A stretch of 64,000 bases of DNA, taken from positions 62,001 to 126,000 of the forward strand of contig NMRA01000077.1 in assembly GCA_002633005.1 (NCBI GenBank), given 5' to 3'. A program made the position numbers and the translations under genes. This document shows, in pieces, positions 12,758 through 24,444 of the stretch (its first letter is position 1; every line of letters starts with the position of its first letter). This stretch comes from Phoronis australis. Taxonomy: Eukaryota > Animalia > Phoronida. The notes under the pieces were generated by a model. That model saw only the letters and a list, made by a program, of their open reading frames with translations, ran no database searches and was not told where the DNA came from.

Positions 12758-13006
12758 AATATCAATAACAAGAGCAGCATTATGTATGATGAATATATTG
12801 TACAACGTGAGTAATGATGACTGTTTGTTATTATGTTTCGATTCGTTATATAGTAGTGGAGTCGGAAACTCAGTCCTCGCTCTCGTTTAAATCGGCTTTC
12901 ATATCACAAATCTCTAGATAATAACCCACAGTTATCATCATGTATATCATATATTTATGAAGATGCATATTTTAAAAATAACATTGCTGTTATTTTTTCG
13001 AAAGAT

Positions 13007-13553
13007 TGTAGCTTGTGAGTGGATAATAAGAAGACAATCTTGTTCCAGAAGGTTCCAGAATATTAGTGACTGGTATCATAGACTATTAACCAAAATCTCG
13101 TGTTTTAGAGCCTCCATGTATGCTTGAAGAATAATTCGGTAGATTCTAGAAAGCTTTAGAAGGTGCTAGAATTTGTGAAATGCTCTAAAACATTGCAACA
13201 GACTATAAACGATCAAGCCAGCGTTAGTGGTAGACGGCCACAAAGTCAATAGTTGCCGAGTCATTAGGCAATTATAAAGACAGCAAGTCATAGTAATATT
13301 AGGTTTTGAAACGTGTCAGATATTGACTGAAAGTGTCTCAAGGATTCATCATAAGTCGAGACTTCGCCACACTGGCTGGCGCTTTAGAATTGATATTAAG
13401 TCGGACTCTTTTGTAAGCAGACTTGTGTGCATTAGGTACATGTAGAGATTAATTAGTGATTAATTCGAACCAGTCTTTAACCTGTCATCGTATCACCACT
13501 GTGTTTCAACCGTAACTTTGTGTTTACGAAAACATGATCCGTGGCGTAATACA
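13007..13553. mobile_element. Possible solo LTR
   Basis: TGTA...TACA termini, repeated ttc(c/t)agaa motifs, TATA-like ctataaa near 13203; no convincing TSD. Confidence 0.3.
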
Positions 13554-13574
13554 AATTTAAAAGCTTCAAAAATC

Positions 13575-13580
13575 TTTATT
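13575..13580 (-). promoter_or_regulatory. Candidate polyadenylation signal of the GPCR gene
   Basis: AATAAA on the minus strand about 290 nt past the stop at 13872. Confidence 0.45.
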
Positions 13581-13871
13581 AATCAAAAAAAATGTTCAAC
13601 AAATGCCATTTACATAACAATTTAATGTACGAACTACACTGTACTAATGAAACCAACCCTATCATAGCAAATACCCGGAAGATGTCGGCCGGAACGATCC
13701 TAGCGGCGAAATCGATGTGCAAGTCTGCCATTTTGTAATATGTTATAGTAACGTTTTTCAACTTGCACATATTCAGACAGTCAAATCATTCGATATACAC
13801 ATTTGACGTGTTAACATACAACATCCAAATTCAAAAATGTTGAATAAAGCCAGAAATCTTGAAAGTTTACG

Positions 13872-16122
13872 TTAGCCTAGTCGGTGAGAAAGGGTCCTCA
13901 AACTCGTAGCAGAAGACTGGCTAGCGCGTTTTGTGGGTCTTTGTTTGAATGTCGATAAAGTGTAAATGTAGGGATTCAACGCTGAGTTCAATGGCATGAT
14001 GAACACAGCGACCCAGGCGGAGAACTCAGGAGATATTTGGTGGCCAGTGACGCTTAACAATCCTGCAATTACTATTGGCAACCAGCAACAGAAATCCGAA
14101 AAAATAATGAGGCTCAGTTTCTTTGCAAGTTTTGCATCTTTCCCGACTGATGCTGTTCCGGTGTTCTTAGCACTGTTCCGTACGTGAATGAATATTGCTA
14201 TGTAACCCAGCAATATTCCAAGGAAAGCTGCAAAGTTAAAAATAATGAAGACGAAAACAGATATCCAGTTGAAATTAGTTGAAAGTGTGAAGGGCAAACA
14301 GACGGAGGTTCCACCATAGAAACTGGAGTCTGATTTGTTGTTACCGTTTCCGATAGTGTAAAAGGGAACCGTCGCCATTACTAGCCAAGTGAGCCAACCA
14401 ATCAACATTAGGGTGATACAAACGCGTTTGGTGATAGGTCGAACCTTGAAGGCAAAAACCGTTACGATAACGCGATCAATGGTGATGATTACTAGTGTGT
14501 AAACAGACATTTCTGACGACATGAACGACAGGACTCCCGCTAGGCGACAGAGTCCACTGTTTCTCCACATTGGGTCGTGTATGTAATAATCACCCTCCAT
14601 CAAAAAATGGGCATCCACAGAGGCGATTAAAAGCATGTATACACCCATCAAGAAGTCGGAAATGGCTAGATTGATCAACAGTGCAGAATTAACTTTATCC
14701 CTTTCAGTTTTCAGCCTCCAAACAAATACAAATAAGTTGCCAGCAAAAGCAAAAACACCAAGAATCCATAACGAGACTCTAAAAAAATTATTGGCAATCA
14801 TGTCAGAACAAGACGAAAACTGGTCGCTCTGTGGAGTGCAATTGACAGAGCTGTTAACAAGACAACAGAATCGAAAACTGTCCGTCAACAACATCGACAC
14901 GTCGACTTCTTGTAAAGAATCCTGGTGAATCAAAAGAAACTCGTCGTTGTTCTGTAATTGAAGAATCCCGGCCCTTTTGAGGCCATGAAATGCGAAGGCT
15001 GAAACCGTTTTCAGACCATTCATTTGTAGATCTAACAGATCCAAGGACAGTCCGTCGAAAGTATTTGAATTCAATGAACTTAACAAATTTCCTTTGAGTA
15101 ATAGTTCGAACAGGTTTGATAATGCACTGAATGCAAACGGAGGTAAATTTCGAATTTTATTATTTGACAAATCTAACCTACCTAAAAATGAAAAATTACT
15201 AAACGTGGAGGTGTCGAGAGACAATCTGTTCCCTGAGAACATTATCGCTCTCATGTTTTTAAAGCCACTGGGAATTTCTAAAAGGAAGGTATTTTCACAT
15301 ATAAGAACATAACCAAAACATTTGCAAGAGCTTGGACAAAGAGTTCTTAAATCACAAAATCTTTCATCGTCTTTGGAGTATTTACAGTCGACGACACCGT
15401 TGCAAACCTGAGATTGTTCCAGACATCTGCGCTCCCCACGACACCTAAAACCACCTGGACAGGTATAATTCGAACAGGCAAGCTCATCACTTCCTCCTGT
15501 ACAATCCCACGTACCATCGCAGACTCTGTGTTTTGGAATGCAATAACCCGATGGACACTTGTAGAAACCTTTGCAGTCAAAGTGTTTACAATTCTTCAAA
15601 TGGCTATTATCGCCACACCCGGTAGCCCCATCGTATATACAGATTTGGCCTCTGTGCAGACAGGACGGGTTATTCTGTCTGCAACGTACGTGATTTTCGG
15701 ATGAGCAGAAAGGACGATTATTTCTTCTCCAAGATGGAATGCCGTAAACATAGTACGGGAAAACTCCCCGTCGATAATCTGTCATCGAAAACTGCTCGTC
15801 TTCTTGTGCTTGTCCCGGACAGTCGTTTATCAAATTATGCCTCAAACTAAGGGCAATGCAGTCACCAGAATAACACCTAAATCCATTCAATTGTGTGCAG
15901 TTTTCTATCCATCCACAAATACTTTGGCTTTCGTCAGATCCATCGAAGCAATTAGTTATAAAATTACATGACTGATATTTCGGGATGCATTGGCCAGATT
16001 CACAGGTGAATTCATCAGATGAGCACGATGGGAACATGCAGTTACTTTCGTCTCGTCCATCCTTACAGTCTGAGATGAAATCGCAGTAAGATGATATGGG
16101 GATTCGGTTGCCGTCACCACAC
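13872..16122 (-). CDS. GRL101-like LDLa-LRR GPCR, coding exon 2 (LDLa repeats, LRRs, hinge, 7TM)
   Basis: Seen: acceptor ttctAG (16124-16123); LDLa modules such as CSSDEFTCESGQCIPKYQSCNFITNCFDGSDE; LRRs LGRLDLSNNKI, LFELLLKGNLL, LDLLDLQMNGL; hinge FRFCC..CTPQSDQFSSCSDM; TM motifs NLAISDFLMGVY, SSEMSV, TIDRV, VCLP, DFCCWLP, NSALNPYIYT. Established: these are LGR/RXFP/GRL101-type hallmarks. Confidence 0.95.
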
Positions 16123-16451
16123 CTAGAAATAGAACATATCAATTGGCATTTCATTATTTTCTTTGTTATATCGACAACACAGTATGTGCAACCAACAGCT
16201 TTCAGGAGAGAAATCATACAAGTTTTGCAAGATGTTACAAAAATTATATAGGGCTGTGATTAACTAGGTGTTCCAGTTTTCGTGTCATTTCTGATGAGAC
16301 ACATTTCACGCTCTTGACTGTTGTAAACAAAACAGGAGCATCCTCAAAAAGAAATGAAACGTTACCAACGTTATCAATTTTGGGAAGGTGGTTTTCTGGT
16401 TACGTCGACAAAGAATGGCTTGCTTACGTTAAGTTCGTTTCTTAAATTTCT

Positions 16452-16522
16452 AGAATATAAATCGGTAAATAAAACAACAAGAATGGATCATTCTTGTTGT
16501 TTTATTTACCGATTTATATTCT
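16452..16522. repeat. Perfect hairpin (34-bp arms, 3-nt spacer) in the GPCR intron
   Basis: agaatataaatcggtaaataaaacaacaagaatg-gat-cattcttgttgttttatttaccgatttatattct. Confidence 0.95.
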
Positions 16523-16957
16523 TCATTTCATGAAACAATAGTATCCTTGGGAGGATCTGGATCGCCTTATTTAGTTTCAGATATATTTTCTACGTTAAAT
16601 TTCTGGAGTATACGTAAGTATATTCTGTTTGTAAGGTTACCGCCACAGTGTGATGACAACATAATGTGCGCCAGCACAATACGGTAATTCCGTTTTCGAC
16701 AGCTTCGTTAGGCCTACACGAATACCTTTCCATTCAAAGACACTTTCAATGTATATCAAAAATACGGATGTTGTATAAGCCACGGTATCAACTATGAAAT
16801 ACGGGAAAATAGAGCTAATCCCTATACCACAGTAGAGGCAGTATTTAACGATAGAATCCGTATTTCACGGCATGTGCAACGCTAAATTTGATTGAGCTCA
16901 TTCATTTGGGTTACCCAAATTTTCAATACAATGTGGGATGACCTATGTGTACACGTA

Positions 16958-17993
16958 CAGCCGATTTCATAAAGGTTGTTTAAAAAAATTAAACTGATCT
17001 TCGAAAACCTGGTCTAATTTTAGACCTAACTTGCATTTCACCAACATGGTTTAAAAGTCTGAAAGCCTGGTTTTGTTAGACTAGGGAGCCGGTTTAGTTA
17101 AAGTATCTAAGCCACCCTGGATTATCCCAGCAAAGAAACTATTGAAGTGCTTCAATGAAACGTTGATCACGTGGGTATGCAATGGCACACACTAGTAGAA
17201 CGAGTGCAGACATTTGCGAAAAGGGTCTAAAAGCTTTTCTGATGAGGAAAATTGTAATGTCTGCGCCCAACACACGTATACACACATTAAAGTACATGCT
17301 CACGATTAGCCGCAACATGATAAATGTCCAAATTTATTTCCGTGCCATTTTAGTGTTTATTTTTCGCTGCCAAGGGAGGCCAAGACCCCTTCCCGGCAAT
17401 ATTAAACCGGAGACCAATGGAGATGGAACTCAGAAGAATTAGAACATGCTGTCTTCAGTCAAACCCGTAGCGCTTACGACGACGACGCCCTGTTCGACCA
17501 GTCGTATTCTGAGGAATCCGCAGGTCACCATCCTATAATTTTCAAACTGTTGACTTGGTCTTCCCTTTAAAAAGACCTTGACCGACCCCCCCCCTTAAAA
17601 ATCGTGGATCCGCCCCTGCTACGTTTGATATTGTGTCGTGAAAGTGAATATTGTAAATAGTCCATTTTCGCTCTCAAACTGCGTCGTAATTGCACACCGC
17701 GGCATCATTCAGTTGCATCTATTTCATCCAAGTCTGTCATAATTAACAGTTAAACCGGGGTCTGACAAAGTCTAATGTTAAACCTGATTTAAGATCTTAA
17801 TACAGGTCTAAAGAATATAGACCTAATTGGTGAAATGAAAACTGACCAGGTATAAACTGGAGTTAAACCAAGTTTCACTAGACCACTGATCTTAAAGTTA
17901 AACCACCTTTATGAAATGCAGATTATCTTTAAACCTCGTCTAAATCCAGTTTAAACCAGGTTTAACTTTAAACCACCTTTATGAAATCGGCTG
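16958..17993. mobile_element. Non-autonomous TIR transposon (about 1 kb) in the GPCR intron
   Basis: 27-bp TIR cagccgatttcataaaggt(t/g)gtttaaa with 1 mismatch; many internal taaacc/tagacc repeats; a nested fragment ends in ggatccgcccctg near 17618. Confidence 0.8.
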
Positions 17994-18963
17994 ATAGTGT
18001 TGTTTCAGCGTAGAATCGCGAAAGATTCGGCTCTTAAGAATTCCGGTGACCCAGCGTGGGATCACGCCTCATTAGTTCCAGCCGCTTCTGGCTCTTGTGA
18101 CGTAAGTTGCATCCCGCAAATAATCATGACTTCGTTTTACTGTAACGCCTTAGTTTATTTCTTACCTCAGAACTCGCTTTTGGAGATTACTTTTACTTGT
18201 CCGACGAGATTTATTCAGGAGACATTTCAGTGATTATTCATATCACGGTAACGTTGTGTACAGCAGCACCGACGCTAACCATCAAACCACTGGTTATTAC
18301 TTAAAATGGGCATGTAATTTCCCCAAATGGCAGCACTGGATGTTACTGTAGCACGTTCAGGTGCCGCTGCTCTACCATGAAGAGCGTGGTCAATTCCTGG
18401 TTTCACGTACTCTTGAATATCGAGAAAGCCGACTACGCCATATAGCTTTAAAACTAGAAGTCTTACAACCTAATCAATCAGAACATCGTTCAACGTTAGT
18501 TAAACTCGGACATGCGCAAATATGGTTTTGCTATTTTCAGTAGCGAATTGATATTTCTATATTTTTCCAAAAGTGAGAGCTCTTCCGCGTACGCCCAAAA
18601 CGTACGAAACAGCATTTCCTCGAAGATATCGACTTATGGGTGTGGACATACGATAAGCATACAAAATAAATCACTGAAAATCTTCATTGACTCGCAGATC
18701 TTTTGAATGGTAGTGTGCCAAAGTCAATGAAAGTGTTCCAAGACCTGCACTCCTACGCAGAAGCAAAACTCGTGGCTTCCTTTTAACATAGACCTACGTT
18801 GTCATTGCCACAGTTCTAACATCCATACAATGAGATAAAACATTTTCCGTGTTTACTAATCGTACGATTTTTGTAAAGTACTTCTCCTGTGCCGCAGCCG
18901 AACTGCTCAAAAGTCCCACGAGTCAATGTGACACCGGGAGCGGTTCTGACTCCAAATACTTAC

Positions 18964-21900
18964 GTGTAAAAGATGTTTTCCTCCATGCAGTTTTGTTCGT
19001 CTTCACCCTTTTGACAGTCATGTGAAATGTCGCAGACACTGCCGCTAGAAATACAAGTTCCGTCGTTACACCTCATCTGATTTAAAAGTGGACACTGAGT
19101 AGTAGACTGGGGAAGCACGGTTCTTTCACAAAGTACGTTGAGTGTCCGCGATGGATCAGGCACAGGGGATTCAGTGTACTTAACCTTTGAGATCTTCCAA
19201 GGTTGAACGTCGACGTGGCTGTCGCGCGCAGCCTCAAGAGACCCCCAAATTGCTTCTGGTGTCATTGGTAGCGTCGACGAGAGTACTGAGTTGTTGGACC
19301 CTGCTCTTTCTCTAACCCATATGGCGCCATATTCAGGTCTATGTCTCCACACTCGCAGTAAATACCTGATACCATCGATGTTCCTAGAATCGACTACGGC
19401 AAGGCTAGAATTTTCCTTGGCGAGACACATTGATTTCGCCGTGTTAAACTTCACTGGTATATCTAAGTTACCCATACTGGTAACAAGACGGTAACATGAG
19501 CCTTGCAAGAACACCCAGTTAAGGGGGCATGCCGGCATTTCTCCAAACGATGGCGTGTTTACCGTCGCGGATTTGTTACCGGTAGCAGGTTGTTTACAAA
19601 TTGCCCTTGTATTGCGTAAAGTATAACTACAAGGTATTTTAAACCAACTTCCTCCAACATACGGATTACGTACTATCATCAGTGTGCATCGACTAGAAGG
19701 CTCGTTCAGCGGTTGTCTTTGATTCTCGTTGATAATGACACGCAAGTCGTTCTCCACTCCGTTGAGCATCTTTGCTTGTGTGTACGTAGCAGCCTGGTCC
19801 CCAGGGCTGTACCATTTCGTGTATATCAAGGGGTTGCTGTCCGTCCACCTCATCTCGCCGCCACTGGTGTCACGGAGTCCAATAAAGACTGCGTTGTAAG
19901 AGCTGCCCGCAAAAATGCGCCTTTTCCAAATGGTGCGCATACAGTCAAGGATGAATGTATACTCATCTTCGTCCAAGATGCTCACCAAATCCCCTCCCTC
20001 TTCCTTACAACGCTGGTCTCCATCCCTCCACGTTCCCTGAAAACTAGTAAGTTCATAACAAAACTCTTGGTGCAAAACATATCCCGGTTTGCACCTATTG
20101 AAGTTACCAATGTCTACAGATGTCGTTGGGACGATGTCATATTCGATAGCCACTTGCTCATAATTTGTTGAAACTGATATGACCAATTCGTCCGCAGCAA
20201 TGGTTGACACACGTGTTACTGACGAAGTACCTCGACATCGAAGATAATACAAGTATTCCAGTGAATGTACAGGACTCCCACTGTTAAAGCCACTTTGACA
20301 AACGCTACTGTAAACGGTTTCCCCAATCTCAAAAGACGCTCTGCATGGGTAAGCGACGAAGAATGCGATTTCGATATTGGATACAGTTGAACCTTTGTCC
20401 TGACAGTTCCTTAGGTTCAGCGTTAACTTCGGGGAGTTTGCAGGAAATGTCAGCAATCCACAACTCCAAGTTGGTAAAGAAACAGTTGACTCAACATTTC
20501 TGCTCTTTAAACACTCGCCAAAAATATTGTTAGTGTATTTTTCTTTCAGTGCCACTTTCGCAAAGAAACCCGCGCGTGACCAATTACAATGAGATATGAA
20601 AGATAGAAAATCTACTGTACCATTTACTGCCATGACTGAAATACCCGATACCAAATAGTGGTGACAGTCGGACATCATGTTTGCGGAGAATGCGAAGTAT
20701 TCAGAGCACGAAAACGTAGCCTTGTAACCACATGCAACTGAAAATGGGTCTAGTTCGAATGCAATGAAATACATTCCGGACTTTTTTACCGCAAGACTAA
20801 TAGACTGCATCTTGTGGTGTGTCATTTCAGGAATTCTTTGGAAAATATAACATGATTCAACGGATGTCTCGAAAATTGAATTTGCTTCAGTTAAAAAATG
20901 ACCTTTGCAAAGCGTCTCTTCAATAGATGCGTTCAGAATTGGATTGTTAAACAAAAAGTCACCGTTGGAATAATACAATATCGTCAAGTAAGCTGTTGAA
21001 GTAACAATCCGTCGAATTATTCCCGAGTGTCTACAAAACGGACCGTAAGATGGTGCCGATGTGTTCAGCCCATCAAAAATTACAACACCTTCGTATGCAC
21101 AGTTGTCTATGTCTGTCAGGTTTAGGTACTCGAAAGTGAATTGAAGAAAACGTTCAGGCCGGGCTGCTCTAAAGTACCAAATACATTGTCCAACGTTTCG
21201 TCCAGAAATAAGGAAATTCAAAGGGAATAATGTGACCAAGCAGTATTGGTCTTTAATTGAGTTTATGCGTTTGCACGTATTGAAGCTTCCTTTAATAGTG
21301 GTATACGTAATGTTGAACGGTGGCCCATTGAAGAAAGTGTGTATTTCTACAGTAGATTGAAATGATGAAGTGATGTATGTAGAGTGCGTTCTTGCATCAA
21401 GAAGTTCCTTAAAAGATACTGGAATAATTCGTTGCACAAGCAAAGACTTTAGACCGTCGTAGATAGTCACTTTGTGAACAGAACGTGAGAAGACGTGCAT
21501 ACGAAGCAAATGCCCATAGGTTGTTACAATGTGCCACAAGTAGACATCAGTGAGTTCGGACGGCAATGAGTACGATGGCAGAGGGTATTTAACGGAATCA
21601 ATGATTCCTTGTTTCCTACGAGCTTCATAAATTCCAAAACCTGGCGAAAATGAGTTATTGGATATAAATGAATATTGAGCTCTAAAACTCACAGTTTCAA
21701 CCAGGTTGTAAGATAATATCACAAGCACGTGTGACAACGAGGTTACAGTTGACCACTGTGACTTGTGGCCACAATATGTTCCTATTACCGGAGACGAGTC
21801 ATTAGGACCGTCGTACACTACCAGTTTATCGTCTGCACAGTTGTCACCTGAATATCTTGTGTGCAAGTCAGTAACTGTCAGGTTCACCAACCTGCTGTCG

Positions 21901-22391
21901 TTACTTTGTATACTCCATGTACATCGGATTTTCTTCATTGGTGACGATCCATGTGTGGCAACATTAAAGGTGTTTGTTATGAATATTTCTCCTCCTTCAA
22001 GACCAAGAACATGACTACACGTGTCATTAGCAGCGTTAAGCCACTCATAGGCGAAGGTTATTGAGAACTTGACGTCATTTTCTGAGCCTTTGATGATTCT
22101 GACAGTGACATTGTCCTTTGACACCCATTGGCGTTGGTATCTATGCTCGCAGGAATCGGGACGAAAATCCCCCGAGACATTTGATGACGTTAAACGCAAA
22201 GTTACGTTTTTGCAAACGTTATCACCGCTCGCGTGAATCTTTACCAAAGTTAGTTTAACTCTGGCACCCATTGGAACAACAATATTCCAATCTTTACCTA
22301 ATGCCCCACGTGGAGAGTGTCCATTCAATTGTTCTCCAACTGCCATGTAACAGGCAATGTACAAAAGAGCGGTGATCCTGATGAGCGTCAT
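18964..22391 (-). CDS. GRL101-like GPCR, coding exon 1 (signal peptide, CUB domains, two CTLDs, first LDLa)
   Basis: Seen: ATG 22391 MTLIRITALLYIACYMAVG (signal-like); CUB motifs CTWSIQS..VNLTV..DKLVVYDGP...IGTYCG and CIWYFRA..LQFTF..VIFDG...GPFC; CTLDs CKPGY..EFCY...W....RC...GGDLVSI..VFIGL..W and CPLNWVFLQGSCYRL; LDLa CNDGTCI...VCD..HDC..GEDE.NC; donor GTAAGT at 18963-18958 in phase 2, matching exon 2. Confidence 0.9.
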
Positions 22392-23449
22392 TTTAACATG
22401 TTGATAGAAATGAAACAATAATAATCCTCACTTCAATTTATTAGCGTAGAGAATCGGTAAGCCGCAAATGGTAATTACGGAAAAAGATAGCGGTCTCCAT
22501 TTAATTGTCATTAACCACAGCAATTGGTGATTATCCAATGGATTTCAGCAGGTTTCTGCTTCCTTCACACTAATCGTAGTCAAATCAAATCAACGGTGCT
22601 GTATGTAGGCAGATTCTGTTTTTTTTCATTATATTAGCTAAACTTTCTCTGACATTTCGCACGATGCCTCCTCCTCGAGGTGGCCTTTTGAAAACTGGAG
22701 CTCTTTTGTATTAGCAGAGGCCTCCAACTTCGTAAGCCTTTGAGCTGGAATTGAACGTTAAGCAAAATATTAAGCGGCTAATTCTGTTATTTTGCAAACA
22801 TGTGTTGGTCGATTGAACTATTACTTGCACACTGGGTGATACCAATATAAGGTCACAGAAGGTTATTATTGATAAATTTCAAGCTCCATACGCTGATCAG
22901 TTAACTCTTAATTCAGGTATAATCATCAACTTCTAAATTACCTGGTGTATTTCTTATGGAATATAATTTCACATTAAAAGACGACACCAATTAGACTCGG
23001 CAGTTAGTGGTTGTCTTTAGAAGAGTGTTGTTCGACAACTTATCAGTCGAATGAGTTCATGTGAACGCTGTAAATAGGATTTCATCTCTTGATCGTTCTC
23101 GGAATCTTCCAGTGAAGGACACAAGGATAGTGGCGGTGAAAGCATATGTCTTTGTAAGGAAAGGGGGGCAGGTGAGAAAATATCCCCCCGCCCCTTATAC
23201 TTAGACTTAAAGTCAGCTGTCATGAAAAATGACTTAAAACCAACAATTTGGCAAAGACTGAAATTCGGATTTTGTTCTCCGGTCTTAACTTAGACAGTAA
23301 TTAAGTCGGATTTTGACATAGATGAGCAAACAAAACACGCCTTCGCCACCTGCTGCGAATTCACAAATCCAACAGCGGTGGTGTATGAAATATGGTTTCA
23401 AGAATAATCTTAGTCCTGAAGCACCAAATAGGAATTAATTTACATTTTG

Positions 23450-24444
23450 AGGAGAAAGTTTAAAATGAAAACTGAGACGCGATTCATGATCCAAGCTGTT
23501 AACGTTTCGGTTTATTGACAAAAAGTTATCATAAAGAACCAGTGTCAATAACGAGCAATACAACCAAAACACTAAATGAAAAAGTACTGGTAGGTGACAA
23601 GGCAGTGATCAGAATAACACTAAACCATATGACCCAGCATTTAAGTGTTGAGTGATCTCTTAGCATGAGTCTGTTTAATGTGAATAGATTCATGGATACA
23701 CAGTTTGAACTTGTTACTGTCTTTGTCTAGTATCTGAACTCCAGAAAAGCCAATCGTATGTCCACTTAGCACTGAATGAGTAAATAGAGCATTGTTAGGG
23801 TGTTTAGCATGCTCATTCTTCCTAGTTGTCATGTCTTTAGAAAAGTCATCACAATCGCTATAATTGATTTGGTAAATAACAGCACTATTTTGTTGAATGC
23901 TTAATTTACGTTTAAGTCTAGACAACATGACTTTGTTACACGGCTTGAAAATAAAATGAATATTAGCAGATGGTTCCACAGCTCCCAACAACCTGAGTAA
24001 CTGACTTTCAAAAGTAACGGAAGAATTACCAGCAAATGACAGCTCAACAAATATCTCTTCTTTTTCAGGCTCGTACTCAACAGGTTGTGACTGTAGTCGT
24101 TGTTGTTTTAACATAGATTTGCTAATACATGAGTCAAGGAAAGTACGTTGATAACTATTATGTAGTAACATTGATTCGAGGAATTCAAGTTCCTCATCAA
24201 AAGGATGATAACTGTTACAAATGCACCAATTCCTGTGTTACAAAGAAAAATTGTTGGATCATATGGTTTAGAGTTCCTCTGATCACTGTCAGTACTACCC
24301 ACGAATTTTGATTTTCATTTAGTGTTTTGATTGTATTGCTCGTTAGTGACATTGCTTCCTGGTGATGGTTTTGTATCAATAAACCGAAACGTTGACAACT
24401 TGGATTATTAATCGCGTATCAGTTTTCATTTTCAACTTTCTTCT
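23450..24444 (-). mobile_element. 5'-truncated Penelope-like retroelement with an inverted pseudo-LTR
   Basis: About 190-bp inverted copies at 23450-23639 and 24252-24444 flank a decayed ORF whose C-terminus is GIY-YIG-like. Confidence 0.8.
23641..24171 (-). pseudogene. Penelope-like RT tail and GIY-YIG endonuclease fragment
   Basis: SAVIYQINYSDCD...TTRKNEH...ALFTHS...GHTI...QILD...KL.IHESIHIK...SLN, matching the PLE GIY-YIG layout (established) with the YIG motif lost. Confidence 0.8.

Noticed and set aside
12357-12890. 177-aa and 108-aa ORFs
   Set aside because: Length is inflated by the duplication across an N; no recognisable domain.
16123-16217. ATG at 16217 as the start of a stand-alone GPCR
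   Set aside because: No convincing signal peptide; the first LDLa is incomplete unless spliced to the upstream exon, and a phase-compatible acceptor lies at 16123.
22392-22418. ORF-track start at 22418
   Set aside because: It is a TTG codon; the first ATG at 22391 is followed by a signal-like peptide.
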